A stretch of 64,000 nucleotides of DNA from NCBI GenBank assembly GCA_004764695.1, contig SMSO01000031.1, positions 4,068,436 to 4,132,435 of the forward strand, given 5' to 3'. The position numbers and the translations under genes were made by a program. The stretch is from Schizochytrium sp. TIO01 (Eukaryota; Protista; Bigyra: Labyrinthulomycetes). Below, piece after piece: positions 59,510 to 64,000 of this stretch. How positions within the stretch are numbered: position 1 is the first letter of the stretch; every line of letters starts with the position of its first letter. The notes beneath the pieces were generated by a model. That model was not told the origin of the DNA. It worked only from the letters and a program-made list of their open reading frames with translations, and searched no databases.

Positions 59510-62500
59510 TGTATATTTGCTTACAGTCTGAGTTTGATTAGCCAATGCGATCGACCACAACAGAAGACTGCGGATTGGGAGCTGGTAAGCACTTAGTAAT
59601 AATCAGCTGGGTGACGGCACGTGTGAAAATAGTCAGCCAGCTCAAGCGATCCTCGACTGCTGATCGTCCACAGCCACGCCCTGGGACTGCCTCCACAGGG
59701 ACCCGCTTTCCAAAGACTTCCTTGCTAAAGTATGTGCTCGTTCGGGCTCGCCCCCTTGGCGCCGCGCGAACCAAGCAGGCAACCAGCTTCTGCCGCAACC
59801 AGCTGCTGATTGATTGATGTTTGTTTGTTTGTTTGTTTGACCGATTGTTATTTTTAAAAAGAAATTTGTTGTATTATTATTTCTATTTTCCATTCGATGT
59901 TTACTTTATGAGTTCTCACTTTCTCTTTTTTTTTTTTTTTGCACTTTAAAGGGAGATGAAAGCAAAGGCCAAACCTTTCTTCTTTCTTCACTTACTTAAA
60001 TTGATCAATATGATAGCTTGTCAACTTAGTGTCTAGCGCAAGCTCAATTGTCTGACTGCTAGGTACCACCACGCATAGCACCTCCCTTCCATTGGAGCGG
60101 TATTTGTTTCTAATGGAATTCCTTTATCGTGTGATGGCTTCAAGTTGTGCACACGCCGTCAAAAAAGAGGAAGAAAGAATTGATTAAAAGGAGGTACCTC
60201 TTATTTATCATGATCTAAAGTTTATTTTATTACGGCCTAACTTCCTAAACATCTCAGGTGAAAGAGAAATTGCCTTCATCCGGTTCTTGGCCTTCTCACG
60301 CTTCAATGGGTAAGCTCTCGCTGGCTAGCGTGCTATGCGGGATACCTTCTCGAGGGCGGTTCACGAGCGCTAAAACTAGTCGCGTGGCAATCTCAGAGCC
60401 CTGCGTTCCCTCGCACGCAGAAGTCGTCTTCCCTCGCTCGGCGCGGAGCCGTGCGCCCCTTTATATTCACCTATTATCACATTTTCACGTGCAACAATAT
60501 GATACTATTTTTTATTAATAAAAAAAAGAAAGGAAGTAAGACTCTCTCCATTTTCCGTTTTGCCTCTCATGATTGACAAAGGAACTCGCCCCCCTTATGA
60601 CATGCCAATGCCTCCAATTCAATGCTCTAAGAACCTATTCGCAAACGCGCTGCCAGAGACTTTGTGTATCGCCCCTCGAACGCGCTCGTGGCCGTGAGGC
60701 GAGATTGACGCGAGTCCATCTAATCTATAGTTCAGACGTCCGTCTTTTTCGTCAAATCCTTTCCAGTTCTTGCCATGAGAAAAAAATCAAATAAAAGTAT
60801 TTTATTTTCAATTATGTATAATATGTACTTGTTAATGCAACCTAAAAAAGACGGTTTACACTTCAAGATCTTCACATCGACAGTGTTGGGTTTGGTGTTA
60901 TAAAATAGTAACAATAAGAATAATAGTAATTATACTTTAGTCAAAATTGCTTTTTAATTAAAAATATAAAAGTTTATGAAAGTAAAGCTAGTTCTAAATT
61001 TAAAGAAGATGGGCTGGATTCACCACATAAGAATTCATGTGTCAACTTTGCTTCTTTCGTACCCTTCTTCCATTTAAAAGCTACAAGAGCTGGCCACACG
61101 ACGCCATAGCTAGCTAGATGACAATGAATAATAGGTGTTTACCCGAGTATAGATAGCTTAATTAATTGACAATTGCTCATTGAGGAATAAGCAAATTAAT
61201 AGTTTATATGGTCCATTCCACTCTGCATGCCTTGTGTGGATCTTGGACTTCATTGTTTTCAATAGTCTAGATAGTACCTAACCTAATAATGTCTATGTTG
61301 TCAAAGATGTCCTTCTGGTTAAGCTGCCCTCCAAAGTGCTTGGTGGACTTCTCCACACTTTTAATAAATTAAGCATGGGCTTTTGCAGAGTTTGTGGAGA
61401 TATACATCTTTGATCGCAAATTGTCCAGCAGAAATACAACTTGGCTGCACGTGAGCAAAAGGAAGCCGGCCAATGAATTGGTTAGAAATCCTACTTTTAT
61501 AAAAGCTTTTATTTATTTATTTATTTTAAATTGAAAAAGAAAAGAAAAGAAAAGAAAAGGTAGAATAATGATGGGAAATAAATAACAAGTCTCCGCAAGC
61601 TTCCTCTTTGTGTCAAAACAAGAACGACAGGTTGAGCGCCACATTGATAATATCTGAAAGGTGAACATGCACCATATACACACGATTTTGTTCGTCAACT
61701 CGAATCGTGTATCAATTAACTGATGGCCATACTTGAGATTGCCTTTACATATAAAAACTATGTTCTGTGATTGCTAGGAACAATGGTTGGACCAACTAGA
61801 AGGTAAAGATCTCATATTATATTTATTCATGAAGCTTTGCTTTAGGCCTCCGAGTAACAATCATTTGATAGTGATTTGGCTGTGTCTATGGAATGTGCGT
61901 TTTCTCATTTGGGTCACCTATTCGTGGGGAATTCCCCTAAGAGTATCTCGGAGGTCAACAACAAGCGCTAGATGTTATTTAAGAAATTAGTACTAGATAC
62001 AACATAGTTTACACATGTATGATTGTGGGATTCATTTCTATGCACCCGAAAAATTGTCTAGCTGGTCCTGCCATAGCTCCAGTTGCAATTCTATAATATA
62101 GTATGAATGAATTGAATGCAGAGAATCAATCATTGTCATGACCAAATGCACATTCTTCGTCATCAGGTCAGGTCAATTCATTGCTTCTCTCCGCCTGAAC
62201 ATTTCTCCGTGTGGAGTGTTACAAACCAGGGCGTCACATATATTTGCTTCCAAAGACCTTCTTGTTATGGTGACCCAAGTAATAGAATCTTTATCGTGAA
62301 GACAACGTCAAAGGCAAACTATGTATTTGTGAAAACAAAATACAGCAGATGTAAAACGAGAAATATCGTGCACATTGATCTGCGAGCCAAGCCTTTGTAA
62401 CGTATATGCGGAATTGTCTGGAGATATACACCTAAACTTCAGGATGTTGAAGAACATGCGGTCAGATCTCCTTCGTCAAAGTAAAATAGAAAGCTCAATT

Positions 62501-64000
62501 AAATAAAAATAAAGTATTATTTTTATTACAGAATATTTTTCTTTTTTGCACGTGGTAATAGAAGGTACCTAGTGTCTATATAGCAACTAGTAGGAAGATA
62601 ACACTAAGGCACGTGTGCTTGCTTGACCGCACAAATATGCTTCAGTGTATACACCTCCTGTGCCACTGGAATAAAATAAAACATCCTCCTTGTTCACCAC
62701 TAAGATTGTTTTACAGGTTAATTGAATTACGTAAGGACTAAAAGTTTGTTAAAAACAGACTCTTACTCACTACAAACACTAGAAAACTTTGTGACTGCAC
62801 ACAAAATTTTGTAATCAGTGGAGAAGAGTGTATAAATTAAACTTTTAATTTAGATTCTACTCACAAACTCCACTGCTTTATGCCTTTAAGACAAGCACGC
62901 GCGTGCACAGTCTCGAATTCACAATAGATTTTGACAAGAACAGAACAGAATGAACGAACCTTGCCAAGGGAAGGAAAGCCTCCGAAAACCGGCCCAGGGC
63001 AAGACCTCGCGAGACTGATTGCAGCACGAAGGCCTTTCCTTATTCTCAGCCACTATACGGTCCAAGATCGAGGATTATACAGTCGTCGTTCATTTCCTGC
63101 GCGCGTCGTTGCTGTATCCTCTATCAACCAGTTGTGCGCCGACCGTGACAATATAACGTCTCCAGTAGGTCCGTCGAGCTGGAGTCCAGTTGTGCACAGC
63201 CCGCACTTAAAGAAAAAAAGTTTGAGTGATTTAAAAAAAAAGTTGGTGATTCTAGGCTATGGCCTGTATCCACCATTCAACTCTTTCTGAAAGGCTTCTT
63301 TATTTTGTTTATTATTTATCATAAATTGAGCATCATGGTCATTACGTTTTTTTCGTGAAACATGTTTAGCTTTAAAATTAAAACTGAAGATAATGATTAA
63401 TAATAGTAATAGCAGTAATAGTAGTAATAGAAAATAAAAGAGGCTTAGTTCGAATGTAAGTAGGTACGTACGTACGCGCCTAGGTAGATCCTAATTGCTA
63501 TGTTAATTTAAAAGTTTTAAAATATAGAAAGAAAAAAACGGAGGTGGACAAGGAGAATCTCGTTCCCCGGATGTTGTAGAAATTGAGAGGATAAGGAATA
63601 CTGATTGATGATCAGGAGGCTGCTAAATTTGAGTGACTTGGCCATTTGTTCCATTAATATGTTCAATATTTTCTACAACATGGGCAAGAAATGCAGATAA
63701 TCCCTAGTTGTGAAAAACCATCAGAACATTTTCACGAAAATTGCAATTGTAGCTAGAGCGCTTACTCTACTAGAAAGTAAATGAATCTCAGGAACACGTG
63801 CAGTACCTATCCTCAAACCTATCGAAGGACTCTGTAAGTCAGATTTATCATTGCTGTTCCTTGAAATCGTGCTTAAAACTAGTGTCATACGCGAGATACC
63901 CCAACCCTTACTCCCGCATGTTTGTAAATCGACAGTATATGCAAGTCCAGCAAGAACGCTGGGGTCCTTGATTTACTAATATGAAACTCCAGATTGTTCT

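Noticed and set aside
60000-64000. Short ORFs and possible ncRNA in the terminal 4 kb
   Set aside because: AT-rich intergenic sequence; no tRNA cloverleaf, convincing snoRNA box pair or protein motif recognised.

Overview
Eukaryotic, intron-poor genomic DNA. Gene style, GC3-rich housekeeping genes, long microsatellite-rich intergenic tracts and a flagellar STPG gene suggest a stramenopile such as a thraustochytrid (inference only). About 16 protein-coding genes: a partial STPG2-like PG-rich repeat protein, a cyclic-nucleotide-binding K+ channel, an NPPF-type amino-methyltransferase, importin alpha, a UBL-RINGv membrane E3, a two-exon EGLN/PHD-type prolyl hydroxylase with an F-box-like N-terminus, a GT61-sulfotransferase fusion (frame-broken), a 44-aa Tom5-like microprotein missed by the ORF track, a PAP2 phosphatase, PRCP, SMARCAD1/Fun30, a FAMeT-like-NCBP3 fusion (frame-broken), a hypothetical protein, PIF1, a two-exon ATG10, a GAF-PDE and an L-type-lectin-like type I membrane protein. 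A ~13 kb gene-free, microsatellite-rich tract (14.3-27.6 kb) lies upstream of the hydroxylase. Most notable: (1) the F-box-like/prolyl-hydroxylase fusion, a possible Skp1/SCF-docked oxygen sensor; (2) two separate ~20-21-bp-phased arrays of the same AAGTRRGTTAT motif in divergent intergenic regions; (3) A-rich rather than pyrimidine-rich intron acceptors; (4) a prokaryote/virus-like gamma-class adenine methyltransferase. No tRNA, rRNA, CRISPR or intact mobile element was recognised.
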